A stretch of 63,291 nt of DNA, filler included, from Pelomyxa schiedti (lineage: Eukaryota > Protista > Evosea): NCBI GenBank assembly GCA_020536535.1. It is 6 parts of 6 records of this genome, joined end to end, with 100 filler letters (N's around TTAATTAATTAA, not from the genome) between each part and the next. Parts side by side here need not be neighbours in the genome. Positions count along the whole stretch, not along the records: positions 1 to 14,833 come from JAHLWZ010000478.1; positions 14,934 to 33,638 come from JAHLWZ010000279.1; 4 more parts are not named here. The stretch is one strand, 5' to 3'. Within the stretch, counting starts at the first letter, position 1. Every line of letters starts with the position of its first letter. The notes below the pieces were generated by a model. That model had not been told where the DNA came from. It ran no database searches and saw only the letters and a list, made by a program, of their open reading frames with translations. A program made the position numbers and the translations under genes. Positions 11,113-21,968 of this stretch are shown here, in pieces.

Positions 11113-12247
11113 GAAAATCAAATCTTTTTTCCTGCCCAGAGACTTCGTGGAAATGAGATGAGCTTCATCCTGAACCGAGACGGAGACCACAACGTTGTTA
11201 TTTGACGACAACATGAGAACCAAAATTACTGGCATGTGCGATATGGGAGGGGCAGCCCACTGCACTGGTAGCACGTGACGCCGTTGTGTTGTTTGGTGTT
11301 GTGTACTTCCACAAAGTACACAAACTTGGCCTTTCTAATGATGCTCTGAAGTCTGGCACACTTTAGTGGGATTGGAGAGACTGAGGACTGAGCCGAATCT
11401 GGACTATGACCAGAATGAGACAGTGAAGGTAATGATCAGCACACAGCGCAGCTGGGCGCACAAATACAGCAACAACAATGTGGCAGGTGGTTTTGATTAC
11501 ATGCACACTTGTCTGAGAATCCATTTGAACATCACAGCCTTTTAACCCAATCACACAACCACTCTGAAAGATTTTACACACTCCCTTTACACAACAACAA
11601 CAAGAACAAACAAGAGAACCCTTTATTCTCTTCACTCTCACTCGTTTTCTTCCTCTGTGGGGCTTATTCTTGAGCCCACAGAAGCTAACAGTGTCTAGTG
11701 GCTGATTCTAGGTGTGACTGGGGCCGTTGCCCAGGAATTGTGGGACTGCACCACTGAGTAGGTAAAAGAGTGAGAGTGACAGAGGCAGTTTGTGCACATC
11801 ATCAGCAACAACCAATGGCAAGAAAAACACAAAGTACTTGAGCCTCAGCACCCCTGGTCAAAAATCACTTTTTTGAAAAGTTGACCCTCTCACACGCAGC
11901 AAGGCACACCCTCAAGCACACTGCAAAGTTGAGGAGTGACAAGTTCTGGGAGCAGAAAGGCAGTGATTATGTACATCAATGAGGGAGGTACAAGTTGGTC
12001 AGGGGGGGTGACACCACTGCATGAGGGCTGCTGTGGATGATGTCACCACCATTGCAAGGGGGTGCAGCAGTGAGCAATACCAATGGGTTGGTGACAGTGT
12101 CCCTGGATGGGGTCTCTGCACATCGACATCACTTATTGTGTGAAGATCTGGGGTTTAAAAAGGTTGGAGCAGGGAAGTAGTGTGGAAAGAGTGATGTAAG
12201 TGTACACGCACCACAATCAAGGGGGTTTGCCCAAAGAAAAAAAGAGA

Positions 12248-12337
12248 TGCTCCGGGTGGGGATCGAACCGACGACCTCAGCATGACTCAATACTGTTCTT
12301 ATAAGTACCGCGCTCTAACCAACTGAGCTACCAGAGC
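12248..12337 (-). tRNA. tRNA-Ile(UAU) with the identical 16-nt intron (second copy)
   Basis: Near-identical to 9236-9325; canonical T-loop TTCGATC but a C.C mismatch in the T stem. Confidence 0.88.
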
Positions 12338-12438
12338 ACTGATGCCAGTTTCCCAAGAATAAAGAAAATAATGACGGCCCCAGTAAGCGTTTTTCTTTTG
12401 CAAACGATACGGGATGCTCCCCCAAACAACAATTGTGA

Positions 12439-12516
12439 GCAGGTATGAGCGGTCTACGGCGGATGATGTAAGCTCAACTATCGTGAGATGCGTTGGTTCG
12501 AACCCCACTGCCTGCA
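12439..12516 (+). pseudogene. tRNA-Leu(UAA) pseudogene
   Basis: Copy of 11031-11112 with a 4-nt D-arm deletion, U33->G and an anticodon-stem mismatch. Confidence 0.8.
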
Positions 12517-12624
12517 GCAAATCTTTTGCAACAATTTTTGCGACAATTTTTTTGTGTTTGTTACCCTTTTGCTAAAGGAGAGTGCTTGGTAAGGAAGTGG
12601 AAAGAGTGTTTCATTAAATGTCAA

Positions 12625-12696
12625 TCCGATGTGGTGTAGTTGGCAACATCTCTGACTTTCACTCAGTGGCCCCGGGTTCGATTCCCGGCATCGGAA
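12625..12696 (+). tRNA. tRNA-Glu(UUC)
   Basis: TCCGATG/CATCGGA acceptor stem, CTGA-CTTTCAC-TCAG anticodon arm, CCGGG-TTCGATT-CCCGG T arm. Confidence 0.92.
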
Positions 12697-12799
12697 CTTC
12701 GTTTTGTTTTTCCTCTGCTACGGTGCAGGGAAGCGATTGGACAAACGCTCTCCTCCAAACTTCACCTCACCCATTGAACATCTCCAGTTTGTGATTTTT

Positions 12800-13691
12800 T
12801 TAAGGTTTGCAGAGATACACACGAGCCTCAGCTTTTTCACCATTGAAATCATTTTCCTTTGTCCTTCTTGTCCAGTTGACCACTCTCCACCCACTGTGCT
12901 CTGAAATGTATGTAACAACTTTGCACAGAGAGTACCTCTCCCTGATGGGCATGTCACTGACCAGCTGTGCCAATGCATTGTCATCAGGCCTGCATGTGAG
13001 TGACACCTGTGGGTTGCTGCCATAACTCTCATTGCCCCACCTTGGATAGCAGATCTTGAATGCCATGAAATCGTACACTGTAGCGTTTGACTGATGCTGT
13101 TGTGGAGGTGCAGGCCTCTCAGGGAGCTGCACTTGGTAGTACTCTGCCTCGTTGTAAATGGCATCAACGTGGATGCACGGTGGGACGATGAGCTTGCCTG
13201 TCCTCATGAAATCAAGGATGGGTGCAAACAAATCCCCATTCCTGTCAATGAAGTACGCTCCTGTTTCATCCCTATGGGCATAGTTGATGTGTTTTTCTTG
13301 TTTTAAGGGAAGAACAAGAACACACTCACAAAGTGCTTGGGATCCTCCCAGAGAGGAGGACAGTGAAGAATGACGACCCACCGTTTGGCCCAGCGGCCAT
13401 CGCCAGTGTTGTCCTTGTTGTGCAGAACACCTTCCCACCAACATTCAGCCGAACCAACTCATTCACTCCTCCTCCTCGTCCACCAGTTGTTGTTGTGTTT
13501 GTTGTCGATGCTGTTGATGTTGCTGCAACACTACTATTGCTGTTGATGGTTGTGTTGGCACCCCCGTCGTTGTCATTAGAAGAAGTAGTAGTAGTGGTAG
13601 CAGACATTGCAATGTTTTCACTGGTGTTGTTGTTGTTGTTGTTGTTGTTCATCAACAACTCGAGAAGCGCCAACGTGGTGTCGTCCACCAT
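12800..13691 (-). CDS. BTB/POZ (KCTD-like) protein with N/T-rich N-terminus; one intron
   Basis: NELVRLNVGGKVFCTTRTTL...|RDETGAYFIDRNGDLFAPILDFMRTGKL; true paralog of 1-590 (flanks and C-terminus differ). Confidence 0.9.
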
Positions 13692-13769
13692 CAAGCTGAC
13701 TCTTCGAAAGGCGAAAAAAGGATTTCGGGTTCGATGATAATGTGAAAAGGAAGATGATAAAGCGGCGAG

Positions 13770-14046
13770 TTGGGGGCATGCGCGTCGTCGAGTCGGTCTG
13801 CCGCAGACCAGTTCGTGGCGTTGGCCTGTGGGTCCCTCCCTCGGGCTTTGTCCGTCAACAAGGCGCGAGAGACCCTCCTCTACCGGCGAGACCCCCGCGG
13901 GCCCGCCCCCCCCTTGTTGGCGGCACGAGGTGGTAGTTCCCTATTATCGTCACTCTGGCCAAAGTCGAACCGTGCTGAACAGGCCGCTGCTGTGTTGGGG
14001 TCTGTTGCAACTAGCAGGGCTGATACTGCCAGTAATAATGAGAGCA
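13770..14046 (+). CDS. Fragment of 'AADQFVAL' family gene, cut by a gap; start uncertain
   Basis: SAADQFVALACGS matches the family N-terminal motif; no clear in-frame ATG. Confidence 0.4.
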
Positions 14047-14146
14047 NNNNNNNNNNNNNNNNNNNNNNNNNNNNNNNNNNNNNNNNNNNNNNNNNNNNNN
14101 NNNNNNNNNNNNNNNNNNNNNNNNNNNNNNNNNNNNNNNNNNNNNN

Positions 14147-14653
14147 GTTGTAACTGGATCAAGTGGCATGCGGCTGAGCAGCTTTGTCAAGGCCGTGTCC
14201 GTGGGGTGCACTTGGATGTCGAATATGATCCTATCTACCGGCTGCAGACAGCACAGCGCCCTCCTTACTCTGCCTCATTGTAAATGGCATCAACGTGGAT
14301 GCACGGTGGGACGATGAGCTTGCCTGTCCTCATGAAATCCAGGATGGGTGTAAACAAATCCCCGTTCCTGTCAATGAAGTACGCTCCCGTTTCGTCCCTT
14401 CCACAGGTTTATGTTATGTTATGTATGCGCCGCATGAAGTAATTTTGTGGGGGTGTTTCCAAATGAACAAACGACATGACACTTACAAAGTGCTTGGGAT
14501 CCTCCCAGAGAGCAGGACAGTGAAGAATGACGACCCGCCGTTTGGGCCAGCGCCCATCGCCAGCGTTGTCCTTGTTGTGCATAACACCTTCCCGCCAACA
14601 TTCAGCCGAACAAACTCATTCGGTGTCGTCGAACCGTTGCTTCCACTATTCAT
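14147..14653 (-). pseudogene. Alternative allele of BTB gene 1-590 carrying an 82-bp frameshifting deletion
   Basis: Identical to 1-121 and 633-753 at its two ends (121 nt each); bases 121-202 of the other copy are missing at 14266/14267. Confidence 0.75.
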
Positions 14654-14833
14654 CAGAAAAAAATAAAATTGTTGATGGTGATCACAATCCTGGTTTTTTT
14701 TTTTGTTACTCCACTTTCATGTGTTAGAGGCTATTTACAATAAAGGTCGGTTCTGAGTAACACTCGCTCAGCGTGCAAACATGGCAGTCATGGGAGTCTG
14801 TTATATCAATGGTATTTGTCTCAGGTGCTTTGT

Positions 14834-14933
14834 NNNNNNNNNNNNNNNNNNNNNNNNNNNNNNNNNNNNNNNNNNNNTTAATTAATTAANNNNNNNNNNN
14901 NNNNNNNNNNNNNNNNNNNNNNNNNNNNNNNNN
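14834..14933. other. Artificial contig linker N-TTAATTAATTAA-N (also at 33683, 44944, 46114, 61111)
   Basis: Six-frame stop 12-mer embedded in N runs. Confidence 0.97.
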
Positions 14934-15168
14934 TGCTGAGAACCATAAGCACGAGGGGCAGCAGCACGCCGAGGACCATGATCGCGCACCCCACCGCGTA
15001 CGACTTGCCGGTCATCCCCGCAACAGCCCCTCGTGCCACTGCAATCGCCCCCCGTAGATCTCCAACACCACCCGACGTAGTGACGTTGTCCACAACCGCT
15101 GTCGCAACAGGGACACCACCACCGACTGCGGCGGTTACGTTCCGGACCACCCCCACCCCCTCCGTCAT
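14934..15168 (-). CDS. Small Gly/Ala/Val-rich protein with C-terminal TM helix, allele A (3' end at 21068)
   Basis: MTEGVGVVRNVTAAVGG...AVGCAIMVLGVLLPLVLMVLS; the frame is preserved in allele B despite a 6-nt indel. Confidence 0.45.
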
Positions 15169-15378
15169 CCCCTGCGTTTGATTTCTGTTTGTTCGCCCCT
15201 GCCGATCTCGTTGACATCTCAGCAGGGGATTGGGGCAAACTGATGGCACCAAAAAAAAATCAAAGCATCAATTAAAAAAAAAAAGGCGAACGCGAAGAGG
15301 GGAGCAGTACCGAACGTGGGGGAGTTACGACAAGGAAAGAGAAAGACAAAGTAAAAAGGGAGAGATCCAACAGCTACA

Positions 15379-15804
15379 ATGTCGGCCACAACCGAACCGG
15401 AGAAAGCGCCCGATTTTGCGATCCCTGGTGTGAACCAACCACTGGACAAGACAAAACCACGACACATGGTACTTTAAATATGTTATATTGAAACCGACAT
15501 TTCTTTTAACTGGGGCCAATTTTATGTTGTGATTTGTTGGTGCAATAGGTCACAACGATTGTGCATGTATCATTCAAACTCGTACCTCTGATTTTGTACT
15601 TGTTCTTGTACCTTTTTGTCGACAACTTCATCATGGTATTTATCATTGTAACTATTCTCGTTGCCATGGACTTCTGGGCTACTAAGAATGTCACTGGGAG
15701 GCATGCGTCCTTGCATTTCAATTTGTTTGCTCATGAATTGTCAGGTTAATGGTCGGGCTGCGTTGGTGGAATGAAGTCAAAGCTGATGGGACAAGCGAGT
15801 GGAG
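15379..15804 (+). CDS. TVP23: Golgi membrane protein TVP23/FAM18, 5' part, allele A
   Basis: HVSFKLVPLILYLF...DFWATKNVTGR|LMVGLRWWNEVKADGTSEW matches TVP23. Confidence 0.88.
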
Positions 15805-15904
15805 NNNNNNNNNNNNNNNNNNNNNNNNNNNNNNNNNNNNNNNNNNNNNNNNNNNNNNNNNNNNNNNNNNNNNNNNNNNNNNNNNNNNNNNNNNNNNNNN
15901 NNNN

Positions 15905-18616
15905 GGTGTAATGGTGGTGATGTGGGTGGCGGTGGCGGTGGCGGTGGGTTGCAGGGGGCAGTGGCGAGTGGAGGGGGAGGGGCCGGCGCAGGGAGGGCCG
16001 TGGTGCTGCCGTGTGGCCATGACGTGTGTATGGGTTGCTGGAGGGCCATGCTGGCTGTAGCCAAGCTGCAGAACCTCCGCATGTTCACTGTACTTACTTG
16101 TTCTTTTTTTTTTTCCTTCTTCTTCTTCTTTTCTTTTTTTCGCTTTTTCTCCATTTACTGGTTTGTTTCCTTTGTTAAATTCGTTCTACACAGTACGGAG
16201 AGAGATATATCATGGGAAACCAAAGTTTGAATGTGAGGTGCAAGTGTGGGACAAAGATAACAGTACCACGTATTGTCCCTCCTCTGTTCATTTCCTTGCC
16301 TTGTTCTAACACTTTTTCCACTGACAGAGGGGCACAAAAGCTTAGTGAAAAAGAATCGCCATGTAAATGCTCTTGTAGATGCTCAAGTGCCGAATCAGGT
16401 ACTGTAAAAATGATTGATGGTGAATACTTACCAAAAGTAAAAGATGTATTGCATGCTACGATGGGATTGCGTTTCATCTCCTGCATTTGCTGAAAAACGG
16501 TGTCTTACCTGTCATGGAATGCTATTTTGTAACCACTGCTACGAGACACGGCACTCACCAGAGCGTCCTACACATCAGGTAAGACTGTGGTGTGCGTTTG
16601 TTTTTCCACAATAGTGAAGGAGGCTTTGCCTGTTGATGGCAGATCTGTTTGGCATATGATCAACACGTATTGCGTAATTCATCAATTACCAGAGACAGTA
16701 TTTTGCCAAAAATGTCGCATGTCAATATGTCCCCTGTGTGTTGGGGAAGATACTCACTCAAGACATCCTGTCAAGCCTCTTTCTGCAATGACAAATTCAT
16801 CTGGTACTTTATTTCTCTGATAAGTAACATCTCAACTATATTAAGATTCAGAATCCTTTCAAGGAAAACTTCAGAGTGTCGTGAATACTGAGGATTTTGT
16901 ATTGAGGGATGTACAGAACTCCCTACAGAAGGTTTGTAAATCGGCAGTGTTGGCGAATCTAATACTCTGAAATGCAACAGTTCCAAAATGTTGAAAAATT
17001 GAAGGAACTAATCAAAACCGAAAAATCTTCCTTGGAGGCACTTCATAGTCTGCATTTATTTGCAAAAACTTAATTTGACGTTTCTTAGAAATTCTAATGT
17101 GCCTGGTCAACCCAATGAAGTACAGAGAGCGTGTCAAAGTGTCTTTACCTTTGGAATCTGGAGTAAATCCAAAACCGTCTGTGCCGGCAAGACCAATTGA
17201 AATCTCCATTAGAAACATACCCCCTGAGCTGTAAGCTAACTTCTATCACCACGTTCCCTCATTTTTATAGAAATTTGAATTTAGACTCCAATCTCTCCCC
17301 AAAACATTACCTTTGGACCCTGGAGTTCCGGATATACGTATGAGTGGTGTTTCCCACACACTTTTTAATTTGGAATTTTCAATAGGGCTAAAGTTATTGC
17401 ATCTCAGCAGTAAATGGAGCCATCCCTATGGAATTGCTGTCCTAAGAAGTGGAGAAATTGTAGTTTCCAATTTTGGGAATAATGTGCTGTCTACTGTGAG
17501 TGTGTACCCTCCCCAATACGTCTGGGAACGCAACTCAAAGTGGTAGGGCGTCAAAATGCTGAAACTGCTGAATATGACTTGGGCATTGGCAATCTATTCA
17601 ATCGGCCCTTTGGGATTGCTCTACTTTCTGATGACACTTTGATTATATCTGATCAACGGAATCACTGCCTTAGATCTTATACGCAAGGTAGATTGAGTCA
17701 GGAGACTACATTTTCTTCCTCTAATGAAAAAGCAGGGGAGCCTGTGATTGTTCTCGCTGGAAGGCCAGGAACCGCCGGTTTTGCAGATGGATCAGGATAC
17801 AAGGCATTATTCAACTTCCCGATGGGAATATGTGTCTTTGAAGATAGCATTTTCGTTGCAGACATGTACAATCACCGTATTCGTAAAGTAACCCGCACAG
17901 GTGACGTCATCAGCACAATAGCCTTTTTTTCATTCTGTACAGGAATTGTATCCACAGTTGCCGGGTCCCCGTTACCAGGCAGCAAAGATGGACCATATGC
18001 GGAAGCTCGATTTTGTGAGCCTACTTGTATATGTGCCGGCGGTTCACCTGGCTCATTCTTCGTTGGGCAGAGCGGCAGTGTAAGAAAGCTCGGTAGACCA
18101 TACATTTATTGCTATTTCACCGCGCACTCATTGCTAATAGAAGACAATAGCGTGAGCACTCTTGCACTGTTTGACCGCAAGGCCACCAGTACTTTGCTAG
18201 CTATGCCCAGTTTTATTCCCTCTCTATGCTACGAACCACAAACCCGAACTCTGGTTGTTTCCGACAGGGACAACCACCAAGTGTGGAAGCTTTCCTTATC
18301 AGGTACACTTACACACTTTCCCATTCCGCACACACCCCGGCAAAATCCGCTCGCCGTTCACCCAAACCCAAACATAAAACAAACAACACTACACACCAAC
18401 CAACACGCCGCCACTGCGTCGGTTACAGTTGACATATTGATATTTACCTCCACAACAACAAACAAAACAGAGAGAATGAAAATGACCAAGCAAGTGGGGA
18501 TTCTTCCAGAGAATACATTCCGGCCGGGTGCCGTTGCACTCCACGGCACCTCCCTCCTCATCACCTCTGTCGACTCCCACAGCCTCCTCGAGTTCCCCAA
18601 CTGGAACCAGCCCTAG
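15905..18616 (+). CDS. TRIM-like protein: RING (5'-truncated), B-box, B-box, NHL repeats; multi-exon
   Basis: VVLPCGHDVCMGCW...VRCKCG...KNRHVNALVD (RING); KRCLTCHGMLFCNHCYETRH (B-box 1); YCVIHQLPETVFCQKCRMSICPLCVGEDTHSRHPV (B-box 2); FNRPFGIAL, FNFPMGICV..VADMYNHRIRKV (NHL). Confidence 0.8.
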
Positions 18617-18706
18617 AACAGTTTTTGTGCCACAAAAACTTTCTCAGAAAAAAAAAAACACAAAAATCGTCCGACGTTTGAACCGAAACACACTGTGTGT
18701 TGAACA

Positions 18707-20860
18707 ATGGACGACGAGTCCACGGACCCAGCACCTCCCTCCTCATCAATCCCATTATCAGCAGCATCGACATCCACTCCAACCACGACCACAACGACCA
18801 CCACGTCCACTACTACAACCACATCCTCCGCCCCTGCCTCGTCGTCATCGGCGTCGACAGCACACGGGGGGCACCACCACGACCACCACCACGTGGGACA
18901 TGGGCACGGGCACGGGCACGGGCACGGGCACGAGGTGCCTGTGTTCACGGTGTCGCTGGACGACCCGCCGTCGACGCGGTGGCGGCACGTGTGGGCGGCG
19001 TACCGCGACATGGTGCCGGCGGTGCTGGCCAACGTGCGGGGGATGCTTGGCGAGACCGCCACCACCTCCGCAGCCGAGTCATTCCTAGCTGTGTGTACCG
19101 TCCCTTACTAGTCCGTGGAGTGCCAATAAAACTATGTTGTGGGACGGGAGTAAATGTGCCCGGGGGTTGGTGTCTTTGGCTCTGGCTACTAGCTACTAGT
19201 TATTGTAGTAGGACTGTGGCTTTGGTTAGTTATTTTATTATGAATGTTTAATGTGGGGCAGTGGGCTACAAACAAGGAGCTTGGAATGTACTCTGAAGAG
19301 CTCAAATCACTTTCGGATGAGTTGAATATACCTCTAGGCCTGGTTGTCATGCTGCAATTGGCTTATGAGGTAACAATAAGCATTTGGTGACTTACAACCT
19401 GACCGTTTTCAGGCATTCGCCTTCTGCACTTCTATTGTAACAAATGAGAATTTGCCTGGTCTGTACTCAGGAATTTGCAAAAGTAATTCTCAGCACACAT
19501 TGAATATGTTACGGTAACATTGATAATAGATTGTGGCCGCCAGTTTGACCTCCTGCCAGAGGGAAAGGAAGTGACAGGGGGTTGTGCACACACTGGGCAG
19601 TGGCACGACACATTCGGTGCTTGCTCCAAACTGGGGTGCGCTATTGGTTTGGGTATCTCCAGAATTGGGAGGTGCCACTGGTCTTGCTGTTTTTCAACTG
19701 ATCCGGAGAGTATGTCATAAATGTATTATGTATTTCCTCATTTACTTACAGGACGCGGTCCATGTTCAAAAAGTGGGTCTCATGTAGCAACATATCCCCC
19801 CGACGCACTTCCATTACATATAAGAACCATGGTGAGTAAATAAAATTTCGTCCATCAACTATTAACGAGGTACAGGATTGGGATATGCCTATTTTAAAGC
19901 AAATTACCATCGGTATCCTACCACTGAGTTACCAATTCCACTAAATGCCTCAAAGATGTAATCTTCACCAAGAGATCACTTCCATGTTTCCGCACAACCA
20001 CTTGGGCTGGTTACATAGGCGCTCTTGTAGGGTTTTTTATTCCCTTCATTTAACAATTAACCTCAACAAACCAGACCGGAATGAAGCCGAATTTATTCAG
20101 CATTTCCATCAACTACAGGAGGACTGGAACACCAAAGGACCTTCTCTGGAATGTATGGAAGTTGGTCAACTACTCTTGGCCCATTGGTTACCTTGTCAGA
20201 GAAGTGCTAGCCAATGACTCCTCTTTCGAGGAAGCTGTTGAAAACCTGGCCGAAAGGTTTACTTTAATATTAAGACTAAACCATAAAAGTCATAAGTTAA
20301 TATCAGTATTTATCCCGTTTAATAAATGTTCTAAAACCAAAACCAACCAAAACCCGCTCATATTTTGGAATAGTAAACTGGTCAGCCCTGTGTATATTAC
20401 GGTAGCAGGTGCCTTACCAGGACAAGGAATATTACTGACCAGGGACAGAGCAGGTACCTTTCCACACATAGAAATGGGAGTAGTTCACTGTGTATAGGGG
20501 AGAAGCGGCGCTGGGATATCCGTTGTCATGGCCCAATAACTCAAACGGTGTGCATATAGAATAATGAACCCAAAGCGAATAAACAATGAACAGAATATGG
20601 ACCATTGGCACAATGACGGAACAGGAGAATTTGAAGACATATGTTATTCCGTTGACAGAGTTACAACAGCAATAGCAACACTAAAGTCAGCAACCACAGT
20701 AAGCCCGCTAGGTTTCAAACTGTAGCTGAACACTTTCAAACAGATGGACAAGGAATTCCTGTGGGAATTTGTTAGTCATCATCCCATACGTTGGAGTGAA
20801 ACTATATACACAACCATGATGTCGGCCGCCAAGAACGAGTACACGACAGTCTCCTGGTGA
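18707..20860 (+). CDS. Acid ceramidase / N-acylethanolamine acid amidase (Ntn hydrolase); multi-exon
   Basis: VPVFTVSLDDPPSTRW, EELKSLS...QLAYE|AFAFCTSIV (nucleophile Cys), HIRTMDW, WPIGYLVREVL, SPVYITVAG, LTRDR, TIYTTMMSA. Confidence 0.9.
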
Positions 20861-21067
20861 TTTGTTGTTTTAGGTGCACGAGGTTTTTTTTTTTTTTAAA
20901 AAAAAAAACACCGTAACAAAACAAGCACAACGTCCCGCATTTATTTAGTTTATGTGAAGAGGTAATATTAAATACAAATAAAAAACAATAGCGATAACAA
21001 TAACACGGCAATCCTTAGACATACTAATACACATTCCGCGAGCGGCCTTCGGATCCCCGAGGGCGGG

Positions 21068-21229
21068 TCAGTGGCGAGAGTGCCTCCTCAACGGAGTGAC
21101 TTTTCTGTTGCTGAGAACCATAAGCACGAGGGGCAGCAGCACGCCGAGGACCATGATCGCGCACCCCACCGCGTACGACTTGCCGGTCATCCCCGCAACA
21201 GCCCCTCGTGCCACTGCAATCGCCCCCCG
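21068..21229 (-). CDS. 3' end of the small TM protein gene at its scaffolded locus
   Basis: ...VLGVLLPLVLMVLSNRKVTPLRRHSRH*; identical to the allele fragments. Confidence 0.45.
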   Translation of the reverse strand, partial: RGAIAVARGAVAGMTGKSYAVGCAIMVLGVLLPLVLMVLSNRKVTPLRRHSRH

Positions 21230-21329
21230 NNNNNNNNNNNNNNNNNNNNNNNNNNNNNNNNNNNNNNNNNNNNNNNNNNNNNNNNNNNNNNNNNNNNNNN
21301 NNNNNNNNNNNNNNNNNNNNNNNNNNNNN

Positions 21330-21846
21330 AAGAATGTCACTGGGAGGCATGCGTCCTTGCATTTCAATTTGTTTGCTCATGAATTGTCAGGTTAATGGTC
21401 GGGCTGCGTTGGTGGAATGAAGTCAAAGCTGATGGGACAAGCGAGTGGAGATTTGAATCACAGGTACTTACCATCCGGCTCTAATTAATTCAACTAAACT
21501 CCTTTTATTTTTGCAGGATCCAGGTCTCCGGAATACCAATCACATTGAGATGCTAGCATTCTGGTCATGCATTATTCTTACACCACTTTTGTGGCTCGGC
21601 TTCGGCATCCTTGCACTTATCAAGATCAACTGGGACTGGCTTGTACTTGTGTGCATAGCATTCGTTCTTACCGGGGCCAACGTTGTTGGCTATGTCAAGT
21701 GTGCCAAAGGTTTGCGAGCGAATTTACCCAAAGTAGCACTAACGGTTTTACTAGACCAAAGAACCGGCATTAAGAAAGCCGCACTGTCATATGCAACACA
21801 ACAAATAATCACACAAGGTGTAAACCAAATGACACAACAAGTATAA
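21330..21846 (+). CDS. TVP23: TVP23 3' part at its scaffolded locus
   Basis: KNVTGR|LMVGLRWW...FWSCIILTPLLW...ANVVGYVKCAK. Confidence 0.88.
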
Positions 21847-21968
21847 GCAGCACACCACATTTATCACATTACCAAAATGTTCAAAACAAAAGCAATTAAT
21901 TGTTAAGCTTTTCAGTTACCTTAGTATTTCCGTTTGCGAATGGTTTTGTTCACTTTGTTGTTTGCAGT

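Noticed and set aside
14878-14889. Recurring palindromic TTAATTAATTAA motif (five times in the window)
   Set aside because: Always embedded in N runs; an artificial six-frame-stop contig linker.
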